This document shows positions 55,158 through 64,000 of a stretch of 64,000 nucleotides of DNA, piece by piece. Made by a program: the position numbers and the translations under genes. Origin of the DNA: Gemmatimonadales bacterium (GTDB lineage: Bacteria; Gemmatimonadota; Gemmatimonadetes; Gemmatimonadales; GWC2-71-9); assembly GCA_035519565.1 (NCBI GenBank), contig DATIWD010000136.1, positions 5,964 through 69,963 of the forward strand, written 5' to 3'. The stretch's first letter is position 1. Every line of letters starts with the position of its first letter. Under the pieces are notes generated by a model that worked only from the letters and a program-made list of their open reading frames with translations, was not told where the DNA came from and did not search any database.

Positions 55158-55742
55158 ATGGTTCGAATCGTTCGCGGGGCCCCGCTGGTCGGGCTCGTAC
55201 TGTTGGGACTCTCTGGAACACCGCTATCGGCGCAGGGACCCGGTGGCGGAGGTGGGGGTTGGGGGATGCCTGGCGGGCACGGAGGGCACCATGGAGGTTG
55301 GGGCGGTGGTCACGGGGGGCAGGGTGGCGGCAGCCAGCATGCAGCGCCGGATCCGGTAATTATCGAGGGCCCGCCCAAGCCGGACGATTTTGCGGCCATG
55401 TTCCAGCTGGCCGACTCGCAACGGGCCGGCTATGACAGCCTGTATCACAGCCTCATGGATTCCACGGCCGACGAGCGGGACAGCGTGGCAGCGGCCCGGC
55501 AGGAAATCCGCGAGGCGTTTCAGTCCGGAGATCGCGAGGGGGCCGAGCAGCCGATGCACACGCTGCGCACGCTCACCAAGGACCTCGAGAACCGGCAGAA
55601 GAAGTTCGACGACTCACTGAAACACCTGCTGACCAAGGATCAGTGGAAGGACTACGACAAGTGGCGCGGAGAACGGCGGAAAGAGGCGGAGGAGGAGATG
55701 AGGGGACGCTACGGCCGGGGAGGTAACACCGGTGAGCCCTAG
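55158..55742 (+). CDS. secreted Gly/His-rich LTXXQ-like protein
   Basis: ATG 55158. Signal peptide ending PLSAQ. GGGGGGWGMPGGHGGHHGGWGGGHGGQGGG tract. LADSQ and LTKDQ motifs. Divergent from the ECF sigma gene. Confidence 0.65.
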   Translation: MVRIVRGAPLVGLVLLGLSGTPLSAQGPGGGGGGWGMPGGHGGHHGGWGGGHGGQGGGSQHAAPDPVIIEGPPKPDDFAAMFQLADSQRAGYDSLYHSLMDSTADERDSVAAARQEIREAFQSGDREGAEQPMHTLRTLTKDLENRQKKFDDSLKHLLTKDQWKDYDKWRGERRKEAEEEMRGRYGRGGNTGEP

Positions 55743-55978
55743 GTCCGGCTCCCCTGAAAGAGGAACTGCTCCAGGTTGGCGTAAAGAAACTGCTTGGCGC
55801 CTGGATCCAGGACGTTAAGCCCGTGGTGATTGATCAGCTGCTGCTGCATTTTGAGCCACTCTCCCCAACAGACCGCGCAGATCTCACCGAAGACCCGCTT
55901 GCCGATTTCGTTCTGGAAGGGCGGGAACGGCAGCTGATCACGCTCCTGGCCGCAGCGGGTGCAGGTAATCGTCGGCAT
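55739..55978 (-). CDS. yggX: Fe(II)-trafficking / oxidative-damage protection protein YggX
   Basis: MPTITCTRCGQE...PFPP...G..I...IC..CW.EW...Q..LINH..L matches the YggX family over its full 79-aa length. Confidence 0.85.
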   Translation of the reverse strand: MPTITCTRCGQERDQLPFPPFQNEIGKRVFGEICAVCWGEWLKMQQQLINHHGLNVLDPGAKQFLYANLEQFLFQGSRT

Positions 55979-55987
55979 GTTCTCGGT

Positions 55988-56251
55988 TCAGTCCCCTCGT
56001 TTCAGGGCTTTGACGCCACTGGCCGTTCCCAGCCCGGCCCCAACGCCGAGCAGCGTGGTCGCCGTGTGCGTGATTAAGGGTAGAAGGCCCAGGGGCCAGG
56101 CCACCAGGGCCGTCACGGCACCCACGATCCACGGGGTGGTGGGACGATAGACGGCATCCACGAACCGCAGCCGCGTGCGCACGAAGCGCCTCGCCACGGC
56201 GAACCCGATAACGGTAGCGGCGACGATCGCCAGGACCGGGAGAAGCGTCAT
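55988..56251 (-). CDS. small membrane protein (3 TM), hypothetical
   Basis: 87-aa ORF with hydrophobic helices, packed between yggX and fabH on the same strand. Confidence 0.5.
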   Translation of the reverse strand: MTLLPVLAIVAATVIGFAVARRFVRTRLRFVDAVYRPTTPWIVGAVTALVAWPLGLLPLITHTATTLLGVGAGLGTASGVKALKRGD

Positions 56252-56340
56252 AAAGGACTCGGAGTAAGGGCAGGGCGGGATTGCCCGGCTGTTTCAATAC
56301 GGAACAAGGCCGTCATTGGATTCAGCCCCGGCATTCCGGT

Positions 56341-57336
56341 CTACCAACGGACGACGGCGCTGCCCCAGAGGAACCCGGAGCCAAACGCCGTCACCACCAG
56401 GAGCTGGCCCCGTTTCAGGCGGCCGCTCCGGACGCACTCGTCCAGGGCGATCGGGATGGTGGCCGCCGTGGTGTTCCCGTACCGCTGGATGTTGTTGTAG
56501 ACCTGGTCGTCTCGGAGTCCGAGATGCTTTTGGACCGCCTCCGAGATCCGGAGATTGGCCTGGTGCGGGATCAGGAGATCCACGTCGCCGAGGGTCAGTC
56601 CCGCCTTTTCCAGAACCGTCCGCACCGATTCCGGCATCCGGGTTACGGCGTGCCGGAAGACTTCCTTTCCATCCATCTGAAGGAAGTAGCGCCCCTGTTC
56701 CAGGTGCTCCACCGAAACCCTGGGGTGGTAGCGCGAGCCGGGGCCGTCGACCCAGAGAAATTCGATCCCGTCTCCGTCAGATCGCAGGTCCGTCGCGAGA
56801 ATTCCCTGGCCCTCCTGGTCGGCCGGTGCCAGGATCACGGCGCCGGCTCCATCGGCGAAGATGACCGCCGTGTTTCGGCCCTTGGTCGAGACGTCCATCC
56901 CGGTCGACTGCACCTCCGCGCCGACCAGCAAGACCCGCCGATACTCCCCGGTGCGGATCCAGGCCTGGGCAATCGAGAGGCCGTAGATGAATCCGCTGCA
57001 CTGGGTGCGGATGTCGAGTGCCGGTATCCCGGGCGCCTTGAGCAGCCGCTGCAGAAAAACGCCGCCGCCCGGGATGAAGTGATCGGGTGTCGACGTCGCA
57101 TAGATGATGGCATCCAGGTCGCTCACCTGGAGCCCGGCCATTTCCAGGGCTTTCATCGTCGCCTGGCCTGCCAGCTCGGCGCCGGTCTCTCCTTCCCTTA
57201 CCCAGTGCCGTTCCTGGATTCCGGTCCGGGTCCGAATCCATTCGTCCGACGTGTCCATGACCTTGGCCAGCTCGTCGTTGGACACCACCCGCTCGGGCAC
57301 GGCAAAGCCGGTGGCGAGTATCTGCGTGCGATGCAT
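56341..57336 (-). CDS. fabH: 3-oxoacyl-ACP synthase III
   Basis: Active-site Cys block TQCSGFIYGL, HQANLRI and GNTTAATIP (Cys-His-Asn triad). Confidence 0.95.
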   Translation of the reverse strand: MHRTQILATGFAVPERVVSNDELAKVMDTSDEWIRTRTGIQERHWVREGETGAELAGQATMKALEMAGLQVSDLDAIIYATSTPDHFIPGGGVFLQRLLKAPGIPALDIRTQCSGFIYGLSIAQAWIRTGEYRRVLLVGAEVQSTGMDVSTKGRNTAVIFADGAGAVILAPADQEGQGILATDLRSDGDGIEFLWVDGPGSRYHPRVSVEHLEQGRYFLQMDGKEVFRHAVTRMPESVRTVLEKAGLTLGDVDLLIPHQANLRISEAVQKHLGLRDDQVYNNIQRYGNTTAATIPIALDECVRSGRLKRGQLLVVTAFGSGFLWGSAVVRW

Positions 57337-57453
57337 GTAGGAGCCGGGAGGAGGAGTCGGCCCCTATCTTGGCGACTCGGAGTGTTTGGGGCAAGAACGG
57401 CGAGCGCCCGGCGCGAATGGCCCGGGCGCGTCGGTTACCCGACGACGAGCCGG

Positions 57454-58668
57454 CTACTCGTAGCGCAGGGCCGCGATGGGGTCCAGCCGGGCCGCCCGAC
57501 GGGCAGGCCAGATGCCGAAGAACAGTCCGATCGCGGCGCTGAACGCGAAGGCCACCAGCACCGCCTGGGTGGAGATGAGGGTATTCCAACCGGCCGATCT
57601 GGAGAGCAACGTAGTCGCTCCGACGCCCAGCAGAATTCCGAGGGCGCCGCCAGTCAGGCAGAGCACCAGCGCCTCCACCAGGAACTGGAGCAGGATGTCC
57701 ATCCGGGTGGCGCCCAACGCCTTACGCACCCCGATTTCGCGGGTACGCTCGGTGACCGAGACCAGCATGATGTTCATGATCCCGATGCCGCCGACCACGA
57801 GGCTCACGGCCGCGATGCTGGCCAGGAGCGTCGTGAAGATCTGGGTCGCTGCCTGTTGAGTGGAGAGAATGTCCTGCTGATTGCGGATCTGGAAATCGTT
57901 GTCTCCGCCGGGCCGGATCTTGTGCAGTCGCCGGACCACCCGCTCGATGTCTACCATGCCCTGCTGGACCGGAATCCCATCACTGATTTGCACCGCGATA
58001 CTGCGCACCCGGTTGGTTCCGAAGAGCCGGTAGCGGGCGGTTTCCAGGGGGATCACGACCTGCTCGTCCTGATTGGCGAAGGATCCCTGAGAGCCTTTTC
58101 GCTGCAGGACCCCGATGATCTCGAAGGGGACGCCGCGAATCAGGACGGTCTGATGAATCATCGCGGCCGGATTGGCATTGAGGAGTGTCGGAATGTCTGC
58201 CCCCAGCACGGCGTACCGCTGGCGGGCCTCATCCTCGCCGGCGGAAAAGCTGCGACCGAACTGGATCTTGAAGTTCTTCACCGCCATGTACTCGGCGGTG
58301 GTCCCCGAGATCGTGGTGTTGATGTTCTGGTCCCCGTATTTCACCTGCTGCTGTGACACCATCTCCGGCACCACCGCGCTCAACAGCTGCGCCGCGTTCC
58401 GGAGCGAGTCTGCGTCGTCCGTGGTCAGCGAGACCCGGGTGCCGGACGCGACCCCCTGCTGGAAGGACTGTCCCGGGTACAGGTAGAGAACGTTCGCGCC
58501 TAGGTTGGCGATCTGCTCTTCGACCGCCTTCTGGGCCCCGCTGCCCAGGGCCACCATGGTAATCACCGCCGCGACCCCGATGATGATGCCGAGCGCGGTC
58601 AACGTGGCGCGGAGCTTGTTGGCCTGGATCGAATCGATGGCGACCCGGACCGTTTCGTCGATCATCAT
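57454..58668 (-). CDS. MacB-type ABC transporter permease (FtsX fold with periplasmic core domain), no fused ATPase
   Basis: N-terminal TM, a ~220-aa periplasmic domain, then three C-terminal TM helices with GIMNIMLVSVTERTREIGVRKALGA. Confidence 0.88.
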   Translation of the reverse strand: MMIDETVRVAIDSIQANKLRATLTALGIIIGVAAVITMVALGSGAQKAVEEQIANLGANVLYLYPGQSFQQGVASGTRVSLTTDDADSLRNAAQLLSAVVPEMVSQQQVKYGDQNINTTISGTTAEYMAVKNFKIQFGRSFSAGEDEARQRYAVLGADIPTLLNANPAAMIHQTVLIRGVPFEIIGVLQRKGSQGSFANQDEQVVIPLETARYRLFGTNRVRSIAVQISDGIPVQQGMVDIERVVRRLHKIRPGGDNDFQIRNQQDILSTQQAATQIFTTLLASIAAVSLVVGGIGIMNIMLVSVTERTREIGVRKALGATRMDILLQFLVEALVLCLTGGALGILLGVGATTLLSRSAGWNTLISTQAVLVAFAFSAAIGLFFGIWPARRAARLDPIAALRYE

Positions 58669-58669
58669 A

Positions 58670-60205
58670 TCACTGCCCTCGCGAGGTTCCCTGGCTGCCG
58701 GACTGCTGGCGGAGGCCGGGCAATCCGCCTCCAGTGAGGCGGCCGATCCGGCTCTGGAAGTCCTGTTGTGCCTTGACCAGACTGGCGCTCGGCAGGATCA
58801 ACACCGAGTCCCCTTCCGACAAGCCGCTCAGCACCTCGCTGTAGTCGAGATCGGTGAGTCCGGTGCGAATCGCCACCGGGGTGGGTTTGCCGCCGCGCAG
58901 CACGAAGACGATGTAGGACGCGCCCGCTCCGTACGTAGTCCGGGTGCGCTGCCGGTTGCCACTCGTGAAGCCGCTCTGAGACCGGATCTTCTGAAGGATG
59001 GCTCGCTCCTCGGGCGTTGGGGTCTGGCCCGAACGGAACTTGGCGAAGATGGCCCGAACCTGTTCCTCGGTAACGCCCTTGGGCAGTTGAATGGTTCGGC
59101 CATCCGGAGTGGTCATCGTGCCGCCGCCGCTCGCCCCGCCGGCGCTCTCGGTTCGCTGAGTGGTATCGGGCTTGCCTCGCTTCCCGCGCCCCTGCGAATC
59201 GGCCGCAGCCTGCTCGCGGCGAGTGGTGTCCGGGTGGGGCTGCTGGGCCGCCAACTGCATCTGGACGTCTTCGAGGGAGAGGCCCAGCACGTCGGCGGCG
59301 GAGGAGACGTCCTTCTGGGTGCGCAGCGCAGCGTTGGGGACGGCCAGCACGCTGTCGCGCCGACCGACGTGGATCTCGACCTCGGTGTTCATGCCCGGCC
59401 GAAGCAGACCCTCCCGGTTCTCGATCCGGACGATGACGCCGAACATGGTGACGTTCTGCTGGATCGTGGCCTGGGGCTCGATCTTGAGGACGCTGCCCTG
59501 GAACGGTCGGTTGGGATAGGCATCGACCGTGATCGAGGCAGGTAACCCCGGACTGATCTTTCCGATGTCGGTCTCGTCCACCAGGGTGCGCACCTGCACC
59601 AGGTTGAGATCGGCCATCTTGAGCAGCACGGTGCCGCCGCCCACGTCCTTGGTCGGCGAGGAAATCACCTGCCCGCGGGAGACGTCGCTCTCGATCACGG
59701 TGCCGGTGATGGGGGACAGCACCTCGGTATCCTCGAGCTGAATCTTGGCGTTCTCCAGCGTGACCTCGGCGCTCACCACATCCGACTTCGCGTTGGCGAA
59801 GTCCAGCATGGCCGAGTCGTGCTCGGTTTCGGTAATCGACCGTGAAGCGAACAGCTCGTCGGCCCGCCGCTTCTGGGCGGTAGCGTTGGCCAGCTTGGCC
59901 TTGGCCACGTCCAGCTGAGCCTGGGCCTGGTCCACGTCGTTCTTGGGCTGACGTGGATCGACCTTGACCATGAGACTACCCCGCTTGACCAGGTCTCCCA
60001 GCGACACCCTGATCTCGAGAATCTCACCCGAGGCCTTGGACTTCACCTCGACGGTGGTATCGGGCTGGATGGTGCCGGCCGCCTGGGCCGACACGATGAT
60101 GTCGCGTCGCTCGGCGGGCACCACGAGGTAGGGCGGCGGCGGCGCTTCCTTGTGACAGGCGCCCGCGAGGGCCAGCGCGATGAAGGCGACGGTTTTCCGG
60201 GTCAT
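58670..60205 (-). CDS. efflux periplasmic adaptor (MFP/HlyD-MacA family) with extended C-terminal insertion
   Basis: Lipobox LALAGAC. Barrel-sandwich/coiled-coil region (QAQLDVAKAKLANA...). A Gly/Arg/Thr-rich ~100-aa insertion precedes the membrane-proximal domain. Confidence 0.85.
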   Translation of the reverse strand: MTRKTVAFIALALAGACHKEAPPPPYLVVPAERRDIIVSAQAAGTIQPDTTVEVKSKASGEILEIRVSLGDLVKRGSLMVKVDPRQPKNDVDQAQAQLDVAKAKLANATAQKRRADELFASRSITETEHDSAMLDFANAKSDVVSAEVTLENAKIQLEDTEVLSPITGTVIESDVSRGQVISSPTKDVGGGTVLLKMADLNLVQVRTLVDETDIGKISPGLPASITVDAYPNRPFQGSVLKIEPQATIQQNVTMFGVIVRIENREGLLRPGMNTEVEIHVGRRDSVLAVPNAALRTQKDVSSAADVLGLSLEDVQMQLAAQQPHPDTTRREQAAADSQGRGKRGKPDTTQRTESAGGASGGGTMTTPDGRTIQLPKGVTEEQVRAIFAKFRSGQTPTPEERAILQKIRSQSGFTSGNRQRTRTTYGAGASYIVFVLRGGKPTPVAIRTGLTDLDYSEVLSGLSEGDSVLILPSASLVKAQQDFQSRIGRLTGGGLPGLRQQSGSQGTSRGQ

Positions 60206-61524
60206 AGGGGTCTTCCAATCAGCGCCTCGATCTGGGCCTTGGCGCGGAGATAGTCGAATCGCGCGTTCACCACATCGACCTCGGCCTGGGTCAGCGCCTC
60301 CTGTGAGAGCAGGACATCCACGATCGTCGAGGAACCGACCCGATACCGGTCCTGCTGCACTCGCAGGTCCTCCTGGGCCGCCTGAACGCTGGTGGCCGTG
60401 ATCTGCATGCGAACCTCGGCCGCCCGCAGGTTGGCCAGTTGGGCGGTCAGTGAGGAGCTGACCTGCCGGGTTGCGTCGGCCGCCACGGCGTCGGCCAACT
60501 CCGCCGCGTTGTCGCGCGTGTTGATCGTCTGCTCTCGACTGAAGCGGCTGAAGAGGGGCCAGCTCAGGCCGAGGTTGAGCTGCCGCTGGTTGAACAGCGT
60601 ATAGTCGTTGGTGCTGCTTCCGTTCCAGCTCGCGCTGCCCGAGAGCGTCAAGGTGGGCCAGTAGGCCGCCTTCGCCGAGCCGACCGAGGCATGGGCGGCC
60701 TTGGCCAAGGCTGCGGCGTTCCGCACCGCCGGCGATTGATCCTCCGCCTCCTGCTCCAGGGCCACGGAATCGATCTCGGCCGCGACCCGGTAGAAGGCCG
60801 AGTCATCCGCCGCGGTGACTCGCCCCCTGGCCCCGATCAGCTGCCCCAGGGTGGCCTCCGCGGTGGCCAGCTGGGTCGAGGCAGCGACCGAGTCGAGCCG
60901 GGCGTTGCCCAGAGTGACCAGCGAGCGGAGAGAGTCGGACCGGGTGGCGCTGCCGGCCTTGAGTTTGGCGATCGAAACGTTGAGTTGCTCGGTAGCCCGC
61001 GTGACCTCCACCTGACGGACTCGGAGCAGCTGGCTCGCGGCTAGCGCGTCGAGGAAGGTCTGCGTGGTGACCAAGGCGACTTGAAACGAGGCCTGCACCA
61101 TTCCAGCCTGCGCCGCATCCTGATTGGCATGGGCCGTCTTGAGATCGGCATTGCGCCGAAGGCCGGTGAACAGGTCGATGCTGGCGCTCAGCCCCGTGCT
61201 CAAGCTGGTCACCTTGGTGTTCCCGCTGGTCAACTCACCCGTGACCGGGTTGGTCCGGGCGGGGCCCGAGGAGAAGCTGGGACCGTATGACGAAAACGCG
61301 TTCAGGTTGGGGAGAAATGCCCCCTTGGCGGTCAGCGTCTGGGAGTTGGCGTTGCTGATGGCGCCCTGGGCCTGAACCGTGGTGGGCTGAACCTTCTGCG
61401 CCATGGCGATGGCATCGGCCAGCGTAATCGTCGGCTGTTGGGCCGAGGCGTTGCCGGCAGCCAGGGTGGATACCAGCGCCGTGACGAGGGCCCAATCGGC
61501 GCGCGAGTGGAATGATCGGCGCAC
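60202..61524 (-). CDS. TolC family outer-membrane efflux protein
   Basis: Signal peptide ending NASAQQ. Two internal repeats with coiled-coil segments. 440 aa. 4-nt overlap with the MFP gene. Confidence 0.88.
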   Translation of the reverse strand: MRRSFHSRADWALVTALVSTLAAGNASAQQPTITLADAIAMAQKVQPTTVQAQGAISNANSQTLTAKGAFLPNLNAFSSYGPSFSSGPARTNPVTGELTSGNTKVTSLSTGLSASIDLFTGLRRNADLKTAHANQDAAQAGMVQASFQVALVTTQTFLDALAASQLLRVRQVEVTRATEQLNVSIAKLKAGSATRSDSLRSLVTLGNARLDSVAASTQLATAEATLGQLIGARGRVTAADDSAFYRVAAEIDSVALEQEAEDQSPAVRNAAALAKAAHASVGSAKAAYWPTLTLSGSASWNGSSTNDYTLFNQRQLNLGLSWPLFSRFSREQTINTRDNAAELADAVAADATRQVSSSLTAQLANLRAAEVRMQITATSVQAAQEDLRVQQDRYRVGSSTIVDVLLSQEALTQAEVDVVNARFDYLRAKAQIEALIGRPL

Positions 61525-61525
61525 G

Positions 61526-61909
61526 TTACCTTCCCGTCCGCTTGCGTTCGGCGTCCATGCGTTGGGTCAGTTCGTCGTAGCGCTGCTGCTGCTCGGGAGT
61601 GAGGACGCCCTTGATCTCGCCGCGGATCGATGCCCGAAGGGCGGAGAATCGGGCATCGACATCCTGGCGCAGGGAATCCATGGCCGGGCGGTACCGCTCG
61701 AGAATGCCCCGGACGCTGTCCTGTTGCTGGGCAGTGAGCTTGAGATCCCCGGTGAGCCGATGGAGGTAGGCCTCCGTTGACCGCCGGCCGCCCGGTGCCG
61801 CGACCAGGCCGGCTCGATGCGCCAGCACCAGGCCTCCGCTGCCGGCCAGCACTCCGCCGAGGAAGACCGCTCCCAGGAGCAGGGCGGCGCGCCAGGTTGA
61901 CTTGATCAA
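61526..61909 (-). CDS. membrane-anchored periplasmic LTXXQ protein (CnrX/ZraP/Spy-like sensor or chaperone)
   Basis: N-terminal TM. LKLTAQQ and LTPEQQ motifs. 127 aa. Confidence 0.7.
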   Translation of the reverse strand: MIKSTWRAALLLGAVFLGGVLAGSGGLVLAHRAGLVAAPGGRRSTEAYLHRLTGDLKLTAQQQDSVRGILERYRPAMDSLRQDVDARFSALRASIRGEIKGVLTPEQQQRYDELTQRMDAERKRTGR

Positions 61910-61921
61910 GGTGTTCTCCTC

Positions 61922-62251
61922 TTAGCGGCTGTCGACCAGTGCCGCGACCACCAGGTCCGGTTCGGGCAACAGGTCATCGTTGAGCGCCGCGGTCTGCCGA
62001 CCGATCGCGATCCCCATCCATAGTCCGACGGCCATCGCCACCAGCGCGGCGGCGGCCAGGCCCGGCCGGGTCCACCGGGCCAGGACCTCGATAGCGCTGT
62101 CGCGGCGCTCCTGTTGCATTGCCTGCCGTACCCGGGCCACGAAGCCACCGGGGTTCTCCGCCTCGAGGGAATCTCTGAGCAGGCGTCCCAGCACTTCGTC
62201 TGGGGCTGCTTGATCGGGCAGGTCAGAGTGCATCGTCGATATCCTCCCCAT
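61922..62251 (-). CDS. putative small anti-sigma factor (single TM)
   Basis: Overlaps the ECF sigma 3' end. TM segment LAAAALVAMAVGLWMGIAIG. The start may be ATG 62233. Confidence 0.55.
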   Translation of the reverse strand: MGRISTMHSDLPDQAAPDEVLGRLLRDSLEAENPGGFVARVRQAMQQERRDSAIEVLARWTRPGLAAAALVAMAVGLWMGIAIGRQTAALNDDLLPEPDLVVAALVDSR

Positions 62252-62789
62252 GAGCCTTGAGGGTCTGACGCAGGGCCCGGCGGGCGTGAAAGACCTCCGA
62301 TCGCACGGTCCCTTCCGGAATGCTCAACAGCTCCCCGATTTCGCGGTGGCTGTATCCCTCCGCGTCATACAGCACCAGGGCGAGTCGCCGCCGCTCGGGC
62401 AATTCATGGAGCGCGGCACGCACCCGATCCCGAAGCAGGGCACGATCCGTAACCACCTCGGGCGTGGCGCCAGCTGCGGCGGCCTGGTCCTGCAGCGGTT
62501 CGGTGGCCCGCACGCTCCGGCGGCGCCTGGCGTCGTACGCCGCGTTGAGCGCGATCCGCATCAGCCAGGGGCCGAATGGGCGTCGCGCATCGTACCGCCC
62601 GAGATGGCGCCACGCCGAGAGAAATGCCTCCTGGGCGGCGTCATCCGCGTCGTCCGGATTCTCGAGGACCGCGCGGGTGACCCTTCGCACCGCCGGCGCA
62701 TAGCGCTCCAGCAGGTGCCCAAAGGCCTCGGCGTCACCCGCCGTGGCAAGGGTCACCAAGCTGGTATCGGTTTCCTGGGAAATACGCAC
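62223..62789 (-). CDS. ECF-type RNA polymerase sigma factor
   Basis: Region 2 (LLERYAPAVRRVTRAVLENPDDADDAAQEAF) and region 4 (YSHREIGELLSIPEGTVRSEVFHARRAL). Confidence 0.9.
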   Translation of the reverse strand: MRISQETDTSLVTLATAGDAEAFGHLLERYAPAVRRVTRAVLENPDDADDAAQEAFLSAWRHLGRYDARRPFGPWLMRIALNAAYDARRRRSVRATEPLQDQAAAAGATPEVVTDRALLRDRVRAALHELPERRRLALVLYDAEGYSHREIGELLSIPEGTVRSEVFHARRALRQTLKAHGEDIDDAL

Positions 62790-62819
62790 GGAGCGGTGGG
62801 AACGTTGAGGAGCCGCGCC

Positions 62820-64000
62820 TCAGGGCGCGGGTCGTTGGGAGGCCCTTTGCCGGCTCCACGCCTCGGCAATGAGCAGGGGGCCCCAGAGCCAGGCCAGCCA
62901 GCTCAGCGTTAGTGGCCACCCCATGGAGCGCCAGAGCACCCAAATGGTGCCGACCGGGGTCAGCCACATCGGCCACCAGTCATCCGGGCGGAGGCGCGGG
63001 CGCTCGAGGACTTGAACCGCCCCGAATCCTGAGTGTCGGAGGTGATCCAGGAGGTCGTTACAAACCGGCTGTCCGCGCTCCCAGCCGGGGAGCTCAGTCA
63101 GGCTCCAGGCCATGTTGGTCGCCCCCCAGCCATGCTCATCGCTAACGCCCAGGATCAGGCGATTCTGGCTCCGGGCCAGGGCGATGACGGAATCCCGCTG
63201 GCTCCGCGAGAGCTCGTTGGCCTTGGGAGCCGTGTTGACGACCTCGAACCCTCCAAGCCCGGCATCTACGAAGCGTGTAAGGTCTCCCCAGTGGTTGGTC
63301 GCGTATTCCGGGATGGAGGCGATGGCGATGGAGCCGTAGAGCGACTCGCTCTCCTTCATCAGGGCCAGCAGGGAATCGAGAGAGCCATCATAGCGGGACT
63401 GCTGGACCGGAACGGTGTCTCCCAGCAGGACGGTGTGCGCTCCAGAGGCGCTGACCTCGATCCCGGGACAGAGCTCCGGGTGGCCGCCGAGATGGCCGGC
63501 CCAACCGGTCGTCGTGTTGTGGTCGGTGATGAACGTGGCGTCGAACCCCGCTCTCGCGTGCCACCGGCGATTGGCCTCGGCGTCGAATCCCGAAACCAGG
63601 GTCCCGCGGACGTCGTGAGAGGCGTTGGTGTGGGAGTGATAGTCAACCACGGCGACGTTGGACGGCACCCCGGCGAGGCGAATCATGGGCCGATGCCAGA
63701 GCGCTCCCACCAACAAGTAGAGGATCAACCCCAGGAAGGCTGCGCACGCGACCAGCAGCTCGCGCAGGAGCTGAGCGCCCCAGGTTCGGGCAGGCCAGCG
63801 AATCCCGGCCACCAAACGCCAGAGGATGTACAGCATGCCCAGGCCGCTCACGAACCCGTGCATGCGGCTGGTGCTCAACATGGAAATCGCGTCCCAGGAG
63901 CTGAACAGGGGTCCAGCGAGCAGATAAAGAGAAGGAGCGACCAGGTGAATCCCCGGAGGGACTTCCTGGCCGGTGGGGTTGCTGAGGGCCGGGGTAGGGA
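62820..64000 (-). CDS. membrane-anchored PHP-domain metal-dependent phosphoesterase (5' end probably beyond the window)
   Basis: VVDYHSHTNASHD PHP motif. Hydrophobic N-terminal and C-terminal segments. The tracked ORF starts at ATG 63881, but the frame stays open to position 64000 and encodes further hydrophobic sequence. Confidence 0.65.
   Translation of the reverse strand, partial: PTPALSNPTGQEVPPGIHLVAPSLYLLAGPLFSSWDAISMLSTSRMHGFVSGLGMLYILWRLVAGIRWPARTWGAQLLRELLVACAAFLGLILYLLVGALWHRPMIRLAGVPSNVAVVDYHSHTNASHDVRGTLVSGFDAEANRRWHARAGFDATFITDHNTTTGWAGHLGGHPELCPGIEVSASGAHTVLLGDTVPVQQSRYDGSLDSLLALMKESESLYGSIAIASIPEYATNHWGDLTRFVDAGLGGFEVVNTAPKANELSRSQRDSVIALARSQNRLILGVSDEHGWGATNMAWSLTELPGWERGQPVCNDLLDHLRHSGFGAVQVLERPRLRPDDWWPMWLTPVGTIWVLWRSMGWPLTLSWLAWLWGPLLIAEAWSRQRASQRPAP

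Overview
64-kb segment of a high-GC bacterial chromosome. Hand counts of 60-nt samples give about 72% GC in typical coding sequence. It is densely coding on both strands, with about 60 genes. Many long ORFs in the six-frame track are antisense shadow ORFs typical of GC-rich DNA and were not called.

Housekeeping anchors are gyrA, leuS, fabH, selD, a short threonine dehydratase and a prephenate dehydratase-DAHP synthase fusion. The rest is envelope and secreted functions (Big_2/PD40 protein, CocE/NonD hydrolase, M1 and S8 peptidases, Omp85-like barrel, TolC-MFP-MacB-type permease) and signalling (four ECF sigma/anti-sigma modules, REC-GAF-GGDEF, a Hanks kinase, an MCP). There is one tRNA gene. 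I found no CRISPR array, transposase, integrase, phage genes or recognisable defence system, and no clearly novel multi-gene system.

Observations most worth a second look:
1. The tRNA at 22008-22080 has an Arg GCG anticodon but an alanine-type acceptor stem (G3:U70, A73).
2. A low-GC islet at about 37.8-39.85 kb is bounded by a ~143-bp duplication of the 3' end of the atoE-like gene and carries a family of small multi-TM proteins.
3. A Phe-rich 25-codon mini-ORF plus terminator hairpin lies directly upstream of the PDT-DAHPS fusion, a candidate leader-peptide attenuator.
4. A 21-bp-phased array of TCTTAATGC boxes lies in front of one ECF sigma gene.
5. Sigma / anti-sigma / LTXXQ-protein modules recur, in a CnrH-CnrY-CnrX-like layout. 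One of them heads a TolC-MFP-MacB-permease operon with no ATPase gene.

All functional calls come from motif recognition by eye. No database search was run.
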